In this document: piece after piece, positions 1 to 13,098 of the stretch
Layout: every line of letters starts with the position of its first letter
Numbering within the stretch: the stretch's first letter is position 1
Assembly: GCA_024137785.1 (NCBI GenBank)
Contig: JAHRHZ010000020.1
Location: 51,476,839-51,540,838 of the forward strand
Direction: 5' to 3'
DNA: 64,000 nucleotides
DNA from: Ginglymostoma cirratum
Taxonomy: Eukaryota
Notes under the pieces: model-generated
What the model was told of the DNA's origin: nothing
Seen by the model: only the letters and a program-made list of their open reading frames with translations
The model's database searches: none
Position numbers and translations under genes: made by a program

Positions 1-112
1 TCAGAAATTGTCCCCTTAAATGGCCCAAGCAAGCTCAGTGCAAGGACAATTAGGGATGGACAACAAATAGCGGCCTGACGCTGTCCACTTCCAGTGAAAT
101 AATAAAGAAAAG
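1..112 (+). mobile_element. 3' tail of tRNA-derived SINE family B (degenerate)
   Basis: CAATTAGGGATGGACAACAAAT...AATAAAG matches the 3' end of the fuller copies at 23033-23362 and 52908-53262 (GGGCAATTAGRGAT...CAATAA). Confidence 0.6.
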
Positions 113-554
113 GAAGTGAAAATGTGGCCTGAATCCAGAGTTGGCATGTCTCCGAACAGCAGATGGAGGCCAGTCTCACTTTAAAATCAGGTAACATGAA
201 TTCAGGCTCAACAGAGAGCCATTCGGGCCAAACAATGAAGTTTCACAACCTAATTGACACCAATGATTGGAATGCAGCTTCTTTGCCTACCTGTTGTAGC
301 TCTACAACTAGGAATCCCAGGCTCTTGGGTCCTGCTCGTCATGAGATTACCTGGGCCCTTTTACTCCAGTTTAACAATTAAATTCTTGCTGTTGCAACTG
401 GTGTCTGGGAGAAGACCACCTTTTCTGAAATTTTAGCTTTTATAAAGTAGAATAGGTTATCTTTCAAACTCATCCCATCTTTTGTACATTATCCCAGTTT
501 CTTTCCAAACCAGAGTGGATTCAATGAATATTACTCGGACAAACTGCCAAATGA

Positions 555-630
555 TTTTTATCTTCCAATCATCAGGACAAATGCAAGAATGACAAATTTC
601 AAATGATCACAACAAATTATACGACAGTGT
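555..630 (-). mobile_element. Penelope-like pLTR remnant, family P3, with decayed hammerhead motif
   Basis: TCATCAGGACAAATGCAAGAATG is the reverse complement of CATTCTTGCATTTGTCCTGATGA at ~54811-54833; contains the CTGATGA core. Confidence 0.5.
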
Positions 631-744
631 AGAAAGCAACAGAGAAATCTGGGCTGTTCCTGCTTCCAATGAATTTGGGAAAGGCAGAAAGTTTGAACGT
701 ATTCCTTTTGGTTTGCAGATAACGTGACCATGTGTATAAATGCT

Positions 745-853
745 GGTCGCTTTGAGCGAGCATAAATGAGTTGGAGTCAGGCCACAGATCAGCCATGACC
801 TCATCGAATGGTGGAACAGGCTTGAGGGGCTGAATGGCCTTCTGCTTTTCCTA
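745..853 (+). mobile_element. CR1-type LINE 3' UTR fragment
   Basis: AGATCAGCCATGACCTCATCGAATGGTGGAACAGGCTTGAGGGGCTGAATGGCCT is the same 3'-end motif as other CR1 copies in the window (2858-2925, 49100-49165). Confidence 0.75.
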
Positions 854-1094
854 CAAATTTGACATATCATCTGAAGTTGGTTGTGTGTTGAATGCCTCCT
901 TGCATCCATTTTGTACGTGCAAGCCAGCAATTTATGAATATTATAACACGTGGGGAATAGGTGACTCCAAGGGATTGCTACTTATGACTACCACAAAATA
1001 TTAATTACACTCAATGTCATGAGCAGCAAGGGTACAAGGTTTTCAATGAGTTGCTCAGAACAGTTCAAGGGTTACTGAACACCTAATTTTAGGT

Positions 1095-1855
1095 TGTTAG
1101 GTGAAGGTAATCAGAGAAAATTTTGACTTTTCGGTTCATTGTCAGACAGATACTGAGGAGCAGGGAGAAGAAGCTTCATCCTGGAAAGGTGCTGCTGCAG
1201 TAGGCTCCAAATTGCTAGACTTTGGGAAAAGTCTGGGAAGCTAAGTGTGGGGGTGAGTGCTCAGAAAAAGCCCCGGGAGCTGTGGAAGAAACCATGCGAA
1301 ATTAATAGTTCAGTGCAGCTTAAAAACGAGCACAAAGGAAGCAGAGTGGGTCTAGGCCCGAAACGTCAGCCTTCCTGCTCCTCTGATGCTGCTTGGCCTG
1401 CCGTGTTCATTCAGCTCCACACCTTGTCATCTCTGAGTAGCGGTTCTTGCTTTGTGTAGCTGAGCAAGACTACAGCTTGGAAGAACACAGGAAGAGAGTA
1501 GTTGCTTGGTAAAGCCAGCTATCTGTGAAAAGCTAAAAATCTTTTTCTGAGTAGTCCTCATGGGATAAGCTTTTGAGGAGGCTGTGAGGCTAGGTCTTCA
1601 AAGAAAAAAGATAGGAATTTGAATCTCTACTTTTCATCAGATTGTGTGCCACTGATGTCTGGGGAGTCGGGAGGGGGAAATCGCTGAGAAATCCATGGGA
1701 TCGGCCTTGACTATCGCTGCTCTGACTTAGTATTGCAAAGTTTATTGCTTGTTCAAAACTTTTAAATCTTGCAGCTTTATTTGTACTTGGCAAAAAAAAT
1801 TACCCATCCCTAGCCAGATGGTAACTTAACTTTGGTGGTCTGGTCCAGGATAATA
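1095..1855 (+). mobile_element. possible solo LTR (degenerate), interrupted by a PLE fragment
   Basis: Its 3' end GGTCTGGTCCAGGATAATA resembles the reverse complement of the TG-starting end TGTTCTGGACCAGATCA at 13099; left boundary uncertain. Confidence 0.3.
1348..1433 (+). mobile_element. Penelope-like pLTR remnant, family P1, 5'-truncated inside the hammerhead
   Basis: GGGTCTAGGCCC-GAAACGTC (stem II, GAAA, GUC) followed by AGCCTTCCTGCTCCTCTGATGCTGCTTGGCCTG; near-identical to 16779-16902. Confidence 0.75.
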
Positions 1856-1874
1856 TCGGTTGTTACGAGTACTT

Positions 1875-1942
1875 GTTTGAAATTTGGCAAATTCTTGCAT
1901 TTGCACTGTTGAATACAAGACAAAAAGATCTGGCAACATGTA
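1875..1942 (+). mobile_element. Penelope-like pLTR remnant, family P3 (degenerate)
   Basis: TTTGAAATTTGGCAAATTCTTGCATTTG...CAAGACAAAAAG aligns with 54799-54855. Confidence 0.4.
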
Positions 1943-2291
1943 CCGGCAAGAGACTGATTCAGTGAGCAGAAATAGATTCCACAATCACCTTCTAGATTTC
2001 AAAATATGTCTGTTCACAACAATTAGTCTTGAAAGGGACAGACCAATCGCAGCACCAGTCCTGTATAAAGACAGCAATGTTTTCTGACCCACTCCAGAAA
2101 CGTTGGTAGACAGGAAACATATTAAAACTGATTCCAGCTAGACACCTCAATGTCTGTCTAATGGTAGTATGTGTGGCAGCGAGGGTTACTGTGCCTCGAG
2201 AGGTTTGTTTCCAAGATTCAGTTTTTGCTTTCAGCTTACAAATTACACTGTCTGTTCTTTGAATATCACTGGTGTGCAAAGTGCATCCATC

Positions 2292-3072
2292 TTGCTAATG
2301 GTAGCTGGCAGAGGTAGGACTCTTGCCTCCAAGTCAGAAGCTTATGGTACCACATCCCACTCCAGAGACCAGAGCATCAATAGTAGTCACCACTCCACTT
2401 CAGTACTGAGTGTGCGCTGCACCAGCAGAGATGCTATCTTTTTAATAAAGCACAAAACCAAATCTCATCTGTCTGAAGTGACCAGAGATTATCCCAAAAA
2501 CTAAACTGTGGAACTGGGGTTTTCTTTTCAGACAGCGTTCCTGGTCTCTGTGAAACACCACTATTTGATGTCAGGTCAGGTAATGGCCTAATGGTACTCT
2601 CACTAGACTCTTACTCCAGAGACCGAGTTAATGTTCAAAACTAGAACTAGGAGGCATATCCTCAAAATAAGGGGGAGCAGATTTAGGACTGAATTGAGGA
2701 TGAACCTGTACACCCAAACGGTTGTGAATCTGTGGAGTGAAGCAGTTGAGGCTACCTCGTTGAATGTTTTTAAGGCAAAGACAGATAGATTTTTGAACAG
2801 TAAAGGAATTAAAGGTCACAGTGAGTGGGTGGGTAAGTGGAGCTGAGTCCATGAAAAGATCAGCCATGGTCTCATTGAATGGCGGAGCAGGGTCAACGGG
2901 CCAGATGGCCCACTCCTGCTCCTATTTCTTATGCTGCAAGCAGCTTGCAAATACAGATGTTGGCTGACATTTTGTGTGTCAGCGACTATACTTCAAAAGT
3001 ATATAATTGGCTGTGAAATGCTTTGGGAAGTCCTTAAGCCGTGAACAGTGTTAGATACATGCAGGTCATTCT
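2292..3072 (+). mobile_element. DeuSINE (SacSINE1-like), interrupted by a SINE-B head (~2575-2625) and a CR1 3' end
   Basis: tRNA-like head ACTCTTGCCTCCAAGTCAGAAG, Deu-domain-like CAGTACTGAGTGTGCGCTGCAC, L2-type tail CTTCAAAAGTA...TTGGCTGTGAAATGCTTTGGG. Confidence 0.6.
2628..2933 (+). mobile_element. CR1 LINE 3' end (ORF2 C-terminus plus 3' UTR)
   Basis: ORF 2631-2846 TRRHILKIRGSRFRTELRMNLYTQTVVNLWS...SLNVFKAKTDRFL is a CR1 ORF2 C-terminal motif; ends CTCCTGCTCCTATTTCTTATG. Confidence 0.9.
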
Positions 3073-5736
3073 CTCCAATGATGCACGCTGCACTTGTAAA
3101 TCGGAAGTCGCCTCTCTCCCCAATGAAAACCGTTTGTGTTTCTGCACAACAAGATGTCAGTATCGAGCCACTCGGATTTTACTGCTGGTGAAAGGGACTC
3201 TGAAGTCAAGCCACTGACCTCCTGCTATGTTATCGAGCGAGTGGTAATGTCAAGTGCTGCTGCACCTGCTTTCAAACAGACTGTCAGGTAAAAAAAAAAC
3301 CATAATGCGCCCCGACTGGCCCTGTCTTTGGTTACCTTACCTTCTGTGCAGCATTAAGAATCGTGTTATTGGATCTGACTCTTCCTTGCGACTAACTGCT
3401 ATCACATTGCTGAGCCAGCTGTCTGAGGGACACACAGGTCTGGCTGATGCTGACCCTACCCATTGTTCTGGGAAAGACCAAGTCCCAACATACTGCACTG
3501 TCAGGGAGAGAGGAGTCAGCACCAGCTGCTACACCATTGTACAGGTACTTTAAAGATTACGGCACAATACTGCATTAGGTTGGCATTGAGAATTCTGCTC
3601 TCTAAATGCTGTCTCATAACAATATTCACACAGGCCTATTGTAAACCACAGGAGACAGCTGTTTGATTCTGCAGTCTAAATGAAATTAATCTTATGTCAC
3701 TGATGAAACTGTCATTAACTAGACTTTTGATTGAAATGAACTGTGATATTGTTCAGACCTACTGCGAGAAACAGCCTGGTGGGTCCAACTCCATTTCATT
3801 TACTTCCTGCTCTATTGATTCTTATTTTGTTCTTTTTTTTCAAGACTTCAAAATGAAAAAAAAAGGCAGAACTGGTGAGCCTGTTTCTCAGAGAAGGGCA
3901 TATTGGTGTCCTCTCCATTTCTTTCTGCACTGGTCATGTTTGCTTTCGCACTGACAGCTGGGATGACTTCCCTCTCGGCTGCTGAGCAAGACTCCACTCT
4001 GTGACAAGATGGCACGGCTGGTCAATTCTAGCTCATAAAGCCCATCACATTCGGAGTCAAGCCTCTCGCACTTTTCTTCTTCACTGCCATCAGCCATTTA
4101 CACAGTGGTCAGGTGATACATACATGGTTGTGCCAACTCAGAAGTGTCAACAAAGGAAATGAAACAGAGGAACATTATTCTGTTAGGATGGTCACAGCAC
4201 GTTAACTCGATGACTACCAAATCTGTGAGGTGATTCCCGTTTAAAGCAGTAGCATTGGCTCACCACTGAATCTTGAGATACGGCACTGCTTTCGTTCTTT
4301 CAGAGCTGACAGGATTTGAAGGACTAAACTGGCCTCCTTTTATGCTGGATCATTCTAGTCTACGGTTCTGTCACTGTCACAACATATTGCTGCAGACATT
4401 ACAGTCAGCGATGCCAATCTCTGAATCTGGTTTTGGTCAGCCAATTATCTGACATTCACCGCATTTGTGAGAATCCTAATAGACCTACAATTTTGTTTTG
4501 CTCGATGGACTACTTAAATCCAGAGACAATGGGTCTAGGTTCTTGGTAGTGCCAAGACTAAGAATACTTCAAGTGAGTAAAGGATATATGCAGCTTAAGT
4601 GTCTAAAACAATGCAGCCTGCCAGCTAGGTAATTGTTCCATTGCTACTTTGTTCCATTTGTGAAGAATCTTAGCACAAGTTCCACCTTCCTCAGTGGCAT
4701 CTCAGCCTCTGTCCCATTCCATGACTAAATGTGACTGGCGAATGCTGCCTGGGTTTACCGTTGAGGTACTGTACTTGATGGCTGTTGTCTCTTGCTCCCA
4801 TTGTCACTGTAGCTGAGAGTTGTCTGAATATCAAAGACAACTCAGCCAGCATTCCTGCTTTCAGTGACCCTAATTAGTTGCATCAGCCTAGCTGTCGTGA
4901 TGATCTTCACAACAACAGCAGCCATACTTGCCAGGATTATGAATGAGAAAATGAAGGTTACGATGAATGGCACGTTGGGTGAAATGTCACAGCTAATGGT
5001 CCTGGTAGGAGCCGGCCCCTTTCAGAAGATGCCTAAGGGGACATCAACTCTGTTCTTGGTTCACTGACCCTTACAGTTGTTATGTTGGGTTGTATAAAAA
5101 CTTAATTGATACTCAGCGACTCCTCATCAAGTGAAGACAAGAGCAGCTTTAGTAATTGGCTTTTTTATTATAAATCAACAGTTGTATCATTCAGGAGTGA
5201 TGGAGGTGTCAGTTTGCGCAGGACAGAGAACAAGAAATAGAAGATGGCTACAGAACCGAGCACCCTTTGGGAAATGCAAATCAAACGTAAAGCACCATTT
5301 TAAAAATAGGAAAATTAGAAATAAAAACTGGAAATATTCGGGGATACAGAAGAGACCAGCTAGTAAAGACAAAAAATAAAGCCAAATATTTGGCTCTTAG
5401 ATGTTCTTGCTCCCATAAGGTATTTACCCCCAAATGCTCATGTCCTTCAGCTTCTGAAGGGCAGTTGTGCTTCACTGCAAACCTAATTCAATGAGAGATG
5501 TGCAGGACTTGCAACTTCCAATCCAGTTCTCGTCTGAAGCAAAGCAGGCTTCTTTTTGTAAGCTCAAGGCAGGCCAGCAATGTATGCAAAAGGTAAAGGC
5601 TTTCCACACAAACTAACTCAACGGGCGCACGCCACAAAATGGAAACAACAACTGCTTTGTAACATATTCAATTTATCAGATAGGAAAACGTCTTGTTTAC
5701 TCTTGCACGAAAGCAAAGTCAATCTCTATTAATGTG

Positions 5737-5863
5737 AACCGAAAGAACTGCGGATGCTGCAAATCGGAAACAAAAATAGAAGTTGCAGGAAAGGCTCAGC
5801 AGGTCTGGCAGCATCTCTGAAGAGAAATCAGAGTTAACGTTTCAGGTCCGGTGACCCTTCCTC
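5737..5863 (-). mobile_element. Penelope-like pLTR remnant, family P2, truncated in the hammerhead core
   Basis: Minus strand reads GAGGA-A-GGGTC-accg-GACCT-GAAACGTT, then ...GATGCTGCCAGACCTGCTGAGCC. Confidence 0.7.
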
Positions 5864-7436
5864 TATGTGATATCACTACGACATTTTTTTATGTCCTTGG
5901 TTCTACTTTTGACAGAATTTGTCAACAAAATACAGTAATGAATATACTTTGCAACATAGTTATATTAGGAATAGCAGCAGACCATTTGACTGCAGCTGCC
6001 CTGTGACTCTTGTTTTCTTTGCCTTGCTCCAAGTGGAGGAACTGCACTGTAAAATGACAATTCCTGATTTTTCAACTTGGAATGAGAAGCCCTGGTGTTT
6101 GTAATTAGACATTAGTAAGGCAATGCCTCCTGACCCGAGGAACTGAGTTCAGTGCCCCAGGCCTCGTACTAAAACGTGGTCGGTTTCACATAGCAGCCTC
6201 ACAGAATACCTGCCACATCATTCCAATAGCTATTTGTTTCTGAGAGAAGTCTTGTCCTGGTCTCTGCCAATCCCCCTTGGCAACATGTTCAGGCTGATGA
6301 TTATCCTTGAGGAGTTAAGTAAGGATGCACTTGCAGACCGAGAATATCAGTTATATGTTTAATTGTTTCATATTTCCACCTGCGCTAAAGAAAGCTTAAA
6401 AGTCTTATGAATTTCTGGGCTAACCCAGACATATTTAATGTCTTTTCTACCTGGAACTTGCTAATCGTCTTCCTGTTTTAAGTTTTTGAGCTACATTGGG
6501 ATGAAATACTTTCATCTTAAGCTTCAGTGAAACACAGCCCAGTGCCTATTCAAAGTCTGTATGGGTGGAGGTGGTGTGTTTGAAGAATTCCCTTACAGAG
6601 GATCCATTGCACCATGACTGAGTTACGATCACGTTGTGCCTGAATGCAAGTGTGTTACTGATGTGCTATCAGTCGTGTGATATTGCATTTATTCCATGAC
6701 CAGTCATTTTTCATGTTTTAAACATAATCTGGAATCAGCTCAGTGTGTGATTATCACTCCTTTTCTTGATGTTTATAATCATATTGCCTTGACTTGTCAT
6801 TCGGACAACATACAGATTTTGAAAGCTGCTTCTTTCTGTTCACAAATGTTATTTTGTAACAGGCATTTTATCACCTACAGTTTGGACATTAAGCAGATAT
6901 ACACAGAAATCTGTTGTGGGAGAGACAGACTTTGCAAATCTGCATGCAATTGTATGCCTGGAATTATAGGGACTCAAAAAGAGGTGCAATTCTCATAAAT
7001 GGTTATTTTATGGTGCCATTCTGATGTATAGTTGGGAGAAAATGGTCAGGGATGGGGTCAGTGAACAGAGGTCACATCTAGTCCTAACGCAAAGACCAGT
7101 TTTCAACCTTCTGCACCTCCCCAAGCACAACCTTTGACCTACTGCACTGCCCTCTTGTTGCCGCCATCTCTCTTCCTTGGTTCAGTCTGGAGTTCCCACT
7201 CGGACAAAATCCAACCCGATTGTCCCCATGGTAATTCCAATAACAATCTCTCACCAACACAGAGGATTGACAGACTAGTATTTAAAACAGCAGTGTGAAA
7301 CTTGTCAATTTTTCCCAGCATAATATTCTGTCCTGTCCTACAACAATGCACAGCTACAAACCAGACAACATCCTAACATGTGATCATGCCTTCAATATCC
7401 AAACACACATCCCAGACATGTCAGGGAAACGGAAGA

Positions 7437-7875
7437 TGAGACGGGGGGCGGTGGTGAGGGAGGAAAGAAAGAGAGAGAGAGAAGAGAGGGGCGCAGCCGG
7501 GGGAGATGGGGTTGGTGGATCTTGGAAAAACAGAGAGAAGGTAAGGGAAGTAGGGGGAGAGAGACAGGGGCGAAGAGAGTTGAGCGAGACGGATGGAAAG
7601 AGAGATAGGGTGGAAGAGAAAGGGGTGGAAAAGGGATGGAGAGAGTGAGGTGAGGGGGGAAGGAAGAGAGATGGAGAGAGAAAGAAGGAAAGAGGTGGAG
7701 AGAAAGAGAAAGGGGTGGAGAGAGAGAAAGAGAAAGAAGGAAAGAAAGAAAGGAGGGAGAGAGACAGTGGGGGAGAGAGATGGGGTGTGGGGGATGGTGG
7801 GGGTGCGTGGAAGAGAGAGACAGAGAGAGAGAGAAGGCAGAAAGTAAAAAGCTTGGCAAAGAGAGGTAGAAAAAT
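7437..7875. repeat. polypurine (GA/GGA-rich) low-complexity tract
   Basis: About 440 bp almost entirely A/G on the + strand; explains the low-complexity ORFs at 7295-8086. Confidence 0.9.
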
Positions 7876-9656
7876 AGCTGGAGAAGTGATCTGTGCAGTA
7901 GAGTTCCAGAAATTAGGACCGAAAATGTCACCAGAAATAAAGGGGCAAAAGAGATGCAAGAATGGTGTGGAAGCTGACGAGCTCTCAGAGGAACCAAATG
8001 CTCAAATGAGTCACAGGATCACAGAATGTTTAATGTGCATGGTAGGTCAAGAGTGTGGAGGATTGAGAGACATTTTAAATTGGTGAAGGTAGGGGTGACG
8101 AACTGTAATTTGGAGAGGTTTGCTTTTCTTGACATGAGCATTACATGCTTTGGAGACAAAGCACCTTAGATTTTGCAAGTAGAGCTGATGATGCTGATCT
8201 TTTGTTTAGTTAGAAGTACAACACAGCCACAGGTAGATCCCAAACAAATGGTAAAACATCCATTTTTTTCTTTATCTTATAGTAGTGTAGAAAAGATACT
8301 GTACAACAACATATCCATATTTAAATCTTTATCAAAATCCCTCTCTTCATAGAATAAGATGATTAACTCATCCTGACATCCAGAAATGAATTCCCTTCAT
8401 CAACCAAAAACAGCAGACAATGTCCTTTTCATGTTGAATGCTTTGCACGTTAACACGATAATTATGCAGGGTAATTTTCAGGCTCGGGAGAACTGCATTA
8501 ATCCACACAGTATACAACACAGCAGACAAAAGATTAAGACAACCATCTTAAAAACAAAGGCAGCAACTCTTCTATCATTCAATTATTAATTGGGTCTTAC
8601 AGTTATTACTGTTCAAATGGGAGCCCCACTGACTTGCATTCGCAGGACTCTTGTCTTTCTATCAGATTCTACTCCAAGAACTATCTGTTGAATGCATTTT
8701 GTTTTTGTGCACTTGTGGTGAAAAGATAGCTACTGGCCTGAAATAACAAGCGAATCCTTTTAATGAAGTAATCCCCCTCCCTCCATCTGGGACAAATCAG
8801 TCAATTTTCAGAATTGTCAAAATGAATGAAATTGTGAGCAGTACCTGACATGTGCAGCCTATTTTTTTTGCATGGTAAATCAGCATGTCACTAAATTGAT
8901 AGACATACTGGGACAAGCCGTTGCCGTTGCCATGGTATGCAATTTCTTAAATGTGGCTCTGTACAAAATCCATGTCTTAAAAAACAATTCAGCTTATTGC
9001 CAACACAATGAAATTTCTGATGTATCAGGATACTCAATGTAACATCCAAAGACCCCCTGATACAGACTTGTTTTTTAACTTAATTAGTTATTAGTGGTAG
9101 TGATGCCGTTCAACAGCATGCTGTCACTCAGCAGACAATCCTCGATTGCCGAGACTTGGATGCAAGACTCCTGGGGTGACACTTGTACAAATTTTGAGTT
9201 GAAACAGGAAAGCACATGCTTGACTCGAAGGGCATCTTTTAACTTTGCAACTCCACGATACAATTTTAGATGATTTGGACACAAACCCTGCTGCGAGTAG
9301 TGGATGCGATCAGGCAAAAACGGCCTCGGAAAACGGGCCCGAGAGTAACGCTTCTACCCACAAACAAAGCAGTTTCTGTAAGCCCAGGAACATGAGGCCT
9401 GTGTACCATTGAAATAGTTAAATCAGTGCAGAATTTAGGATTCATGTCAACTTGAATTGGAATAGACAGCAACTGAAACATACAAAAACTATGGCAACTT
9501 CCGAAGTGAGATTTTGATATTGCTTTGTGCTCCTCTCCAAGACAGAGGATGATATTCCCACAGAATGGAATGCTTTTTTCACTTTGACCATCAGATGTGG
9601 GAGTTGTGGGTAGGTGGGGGAGTGCAGCGAACCAAATTTGAGCCCTTTCTTCAGAT

Positions 9657-9810
9657 ACTTTAGAGATTTTTAAGCGACTCTTGGATAGGCACATGGAGGA
9701 TAGTGCAATGTAGGGTATGCCGGGTAGATTGATCTTAGTAGGATAATAGGTCGGCACAACATGGTGGGCCGAAGGCCCTATAGTGTGCTGTACTGTACTG
9801 TTCTATGTTC
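9657..9810 (+). mobile_element. CR1 LINE 3' end
   Basis: TTTAAGCGACTCTTGGATAGGCACATGG...GGTCGGCACAACATGGTGGGCCGAAGG...TGTTCTATGTTC; same subfamily as 39846-39941. Confidence 0.85.
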
Positions 9811-11928
9811 CCTTCAGGTTGGTGCAATTGGATCAACATTGGTCCGAGATTGAAGCAAGCTGTATGGAATCGTCGTCTGCTCAAGAGCAGCGAGGAGCTC
9901 CATCGGCATCACTGATGAGGCACAGTCATACCCAAAACAGGAACCAAACTTCCACAGGCAACAGTGAGAACTGCTGACATTCCTCTTACCAATAGCATCA
10001 CCTCACAAAGCAACAGTCAGTGCACTCAATCTCGATACTTTTAAATGAATATTATTACACATCTCTGGAGCAGGTGGGGCTTGAATCTGGGTCTCCTGAC
10101 TCAGAGACAGTGTCAATACCACTGCACCTTAAGAGCAGTCAAGTGTGCTCAATCTCAAGTATTCTGTTAAATGAGCATTTAATTAATGGGTCCAGGTTAA
10201 AATGGACTCATTTAAAGCCCTTTGGAAAGAGCAAAGCTAAAATGTTGAGGTAGGTTTATGATAATTTACATTTAGGGATTTCTGGCTTTTGCGTAGTTCT
10301 TTTGAACATGAAAAAAACTTTGACAGCCAAGCCCCTTACAAGCAAGTTTGTGCTCATCACAGCATGGCTTGTCCAAACAGATCGTATTGACTGAAATGTC
10401 CAGTCTGTGATTGCTTGCGGGATGTACTGTTAATACAACTTCTGTTGTGTTACAAGCCTGTTCTATACAAGCCTGTCGTGCCTCTGCCTGTTGCACTGGT
10501 CAATTCAGTCGGCAGCACGCTCCGCTGAGACAGAGGCTGACAGTGAATTGTGGGACTGCTGAGCAGTATATTGGCAGAGGCGCTGTCCTCTGACCTTTCT
10601 GGTGAACAGAGGCCGTTTACTGCCTGGTACTTCCCCACATGGGCACAGGACTGGAGAAGACGAGCAAGCCCCATCTGTTTGACCTCAGTCTCCAAAATGT
10701 CTGTTATCAAAGCCCCTCTTCACTGACTTGAATGCGCTGATACAGTAAGCCCTGACTTTTTCTCTAGCCCCTTCGTTCCGTACATTCGGAATCAAGGAAG
10801 GGTCACAGCACATAAGGAAGCCATTCAGCCCACGATGCATGTACTGGCTCAATAAATGAGCATTGTTACCTTTGTATCATGTAATTAAACCTGAAATAGT
10901 TTCTTATCTTCCCTTACATCTTTGAGACTATGCTCTGTGGCTGTACAATCTGTAACTGCTAAATACAAGAATACTTGTCACTTTCTGATGTGTTCAGTAA
11001 ACATGTTCCTATACAGCTTCTGTTCCTAATTCAAACAGTGAACATTTCCAATTTCTTAAGTATCTCCTGGTACCTCAGGCACCTCATTCCATCCAGAAAT
11101 TTAATTAGTCCATGCTGCCCACTCTCCAGTACTTGTATATTATTCACATTGTAATTATTTTAATCAGTATGCTCTGACATGTTATGAAATACATCCAGGA
11201 CAGGGGAGGACTTGTACCCAAGCTTCCTCATCCAGAGAGAGGGATACTACCACTGTGCCACAAGACTCACTCACATAACGTGGGATTGGAACTCAATTGC
11301 TTCCTAACACTATTATTCTCGTTGCCTCATGTTAATTGCAAAGTGGGTAATCATTGGAAATTCACTTGTGCTGCTGTAATTAAGAACACAGTGAAACTGT
11401 GGTCATTGGGTTCGAAGGTGCATGTTTGCAATGTGTAATGTTGTAAATAAGTTTATAAAACTGTGCAGGGATGGGTTCTGGTGGTATCCTTCATCATCTG
11501 GCTACGTAGAGCAAAACCTTTACCTTGTACTGACGAGGGGAGAGGCTTGATCAGAACTGTTGGCAGGAATCAGTCAATCCCAAATGAATGCTTGGATCAT
11601 TTGCATCATTCAAAAACGGGAATTCAGATCATCTTCCCCTCTAGTCTCTGGCTCCTGCCTAACATGTATCAACGCTTGGGGAAGGAGGTAGAATGCAAAT
11701 TTGGGACCTTTCGATATCCCAGAGTCAGTTGGACAAAATAAAAGGCACATGATATACGTTTAGCATTTTTATTTACTGTTGTTGGTCCAATCCAGTCATC
11801 AGAATCCACAGCACACTGCAGCACATGACAGGAATGTGTTTTTGAAACTATTCAGCTAGCCAAAGAGAAGTAGTTGGAGCCTTGGAAACTGGGATGTGAA
11901 ATGTTCAACTGAAAGGAGATGAGTGAGT

Positions 11929-12283
11929 GAATCATAGAATCCCTACAGTGTGGAAGCACGCCCTTCGGCCCATCGGGTCCACACCAACCCTCCCAGGAGC
12001 ATCCTGCCCAGACCCACCCCCTCCATCCTATCGCTGTAATTCTTTATTTCCCATGTCTCACCACCCAGCTTGGACATCCCTGGACACTATGGGGCAATTT
12101 AGCATGGCCAATCCAGTTAACGTGGACATCTTTGGACTGTGGGAGGAAACCAGAGCACCCAGATGAAACCCACACAAACACGGGGAGAATGTGCAAACTC
12201 CACACAGACAGTCAGCTGAGGCTGGAATTGAACCCGGGTCCCTGTCACTGTGAGGCTGCCGTGCTAACCACTGAGTCACTGTG
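11929..12283 (-). mobile_element. HE1-type V-SINE, near full length
   Basis: Minus strand: tRNA head GTGACTCAGTGGTTAGCAC...GGTTCAATTCC, V-domain GTCTGTGTGGAGTTTGCACATTCTCCCCGTG, CR1-like tail ending GGGATTCTATGAT; degenerate TSD TGAAAGG(A/T)GA(T)GAGT. Confidence 0.92.
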
Positions 12284-12999
12284 AAAGGTGAGAGTTAAAG
12301 GTCAGAACGTACAATAAATTGACAGCATTAACACACATGAAGCAAAGCAAGCTACTGTGCCATCCAAAATTATTTTCTTCACTAATGATTCCTCCTCTTC
12401 TCCAACTGCCACCATTAACCTAAATTTCCAATCTTACTCAAGAATACTAAGTTCTACACCTGCGAGTAACTGTGCAGAAAATGTCACTCCTAGTCATGTC
12501 TTTAATAACTTGACATATATTGCAATAGCAGGCAGCTAATTGACATGGCATGTTGGAAATAAAATCACCTCATTTATCCGAATGTTGTCAATAAGTAAAT
12601 TCCATAAATATTGATTCAAGTTGAGTTTGACCAACAATCTTCTTCATTAAGATCGTGATTGGACGCTGAAAGTAGCTGCTTTGAACATTAATCGCCACTT
12701 GAGTGAGTAAAGTGAACATTTCCAAAAGCTCATTTGCAATAACACAGGGTTTTGCTCTCCCTTCCTCCTCAGAACTTGAAGTTCCAGAAGCTTCAGAATT
12801 CAATCAGTGCTGCTGAAATCACTCAGTCACGTCTCCTGTCAGACTGTAGCCTGTTGCGAACTGCATAGCCAACACAAAGAGGGAGATAAACTGAGCAGCA
12901 CAATAGAAGTGCACCAAAAAAAAACAGCTTTCGAAATCTCTTCTATCTCGCAAAGTTTGTTTTTTTTTGTTTTCCCTCCTCTGTGTGTTAGCTGTGAGT

Positions 13000-13095
13000 C
13001 GAGGGTAGCACACTCACTTGAGCCAGAGTTTGTATGCTCAAGTTACCTGCCAAAGGCTTTTGTCTGAGAATCCAGGCTGACATTTCACTGCAATA
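13000..13095 (+). mobile_element. DeuSINE 5' head fragment
   Basis: GGTAGCACACTCACTTGAGCCAGAG...AATCCAGGCTGACATTTCACTGCA resembles the heads at 2292 and 26590. Confidence 0.45.
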
Positions 13096-13098
13096 TTT

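Noticed and set aside
3888-4097. Minus-strand ORF MADGSEEEKCERLDSEC... that looks protein-like
   Set aside because: Only 69 aa, stop immediately upstream, no recognisable domain and no convincing splice sites
7295-8086. Longest ORFs in the track (up to 201 aa, both strands)
   Set aside because: Artefacts of the polypurine tract (few stop codons); low-complexity E/R/G or S/L/P/F translation
9100-9272. Short frame containing IAETWMQDSW, reminiscent of the LINE endonuclease ITETWL motif
   Set aside because: Single short motif with no supporting neighbours
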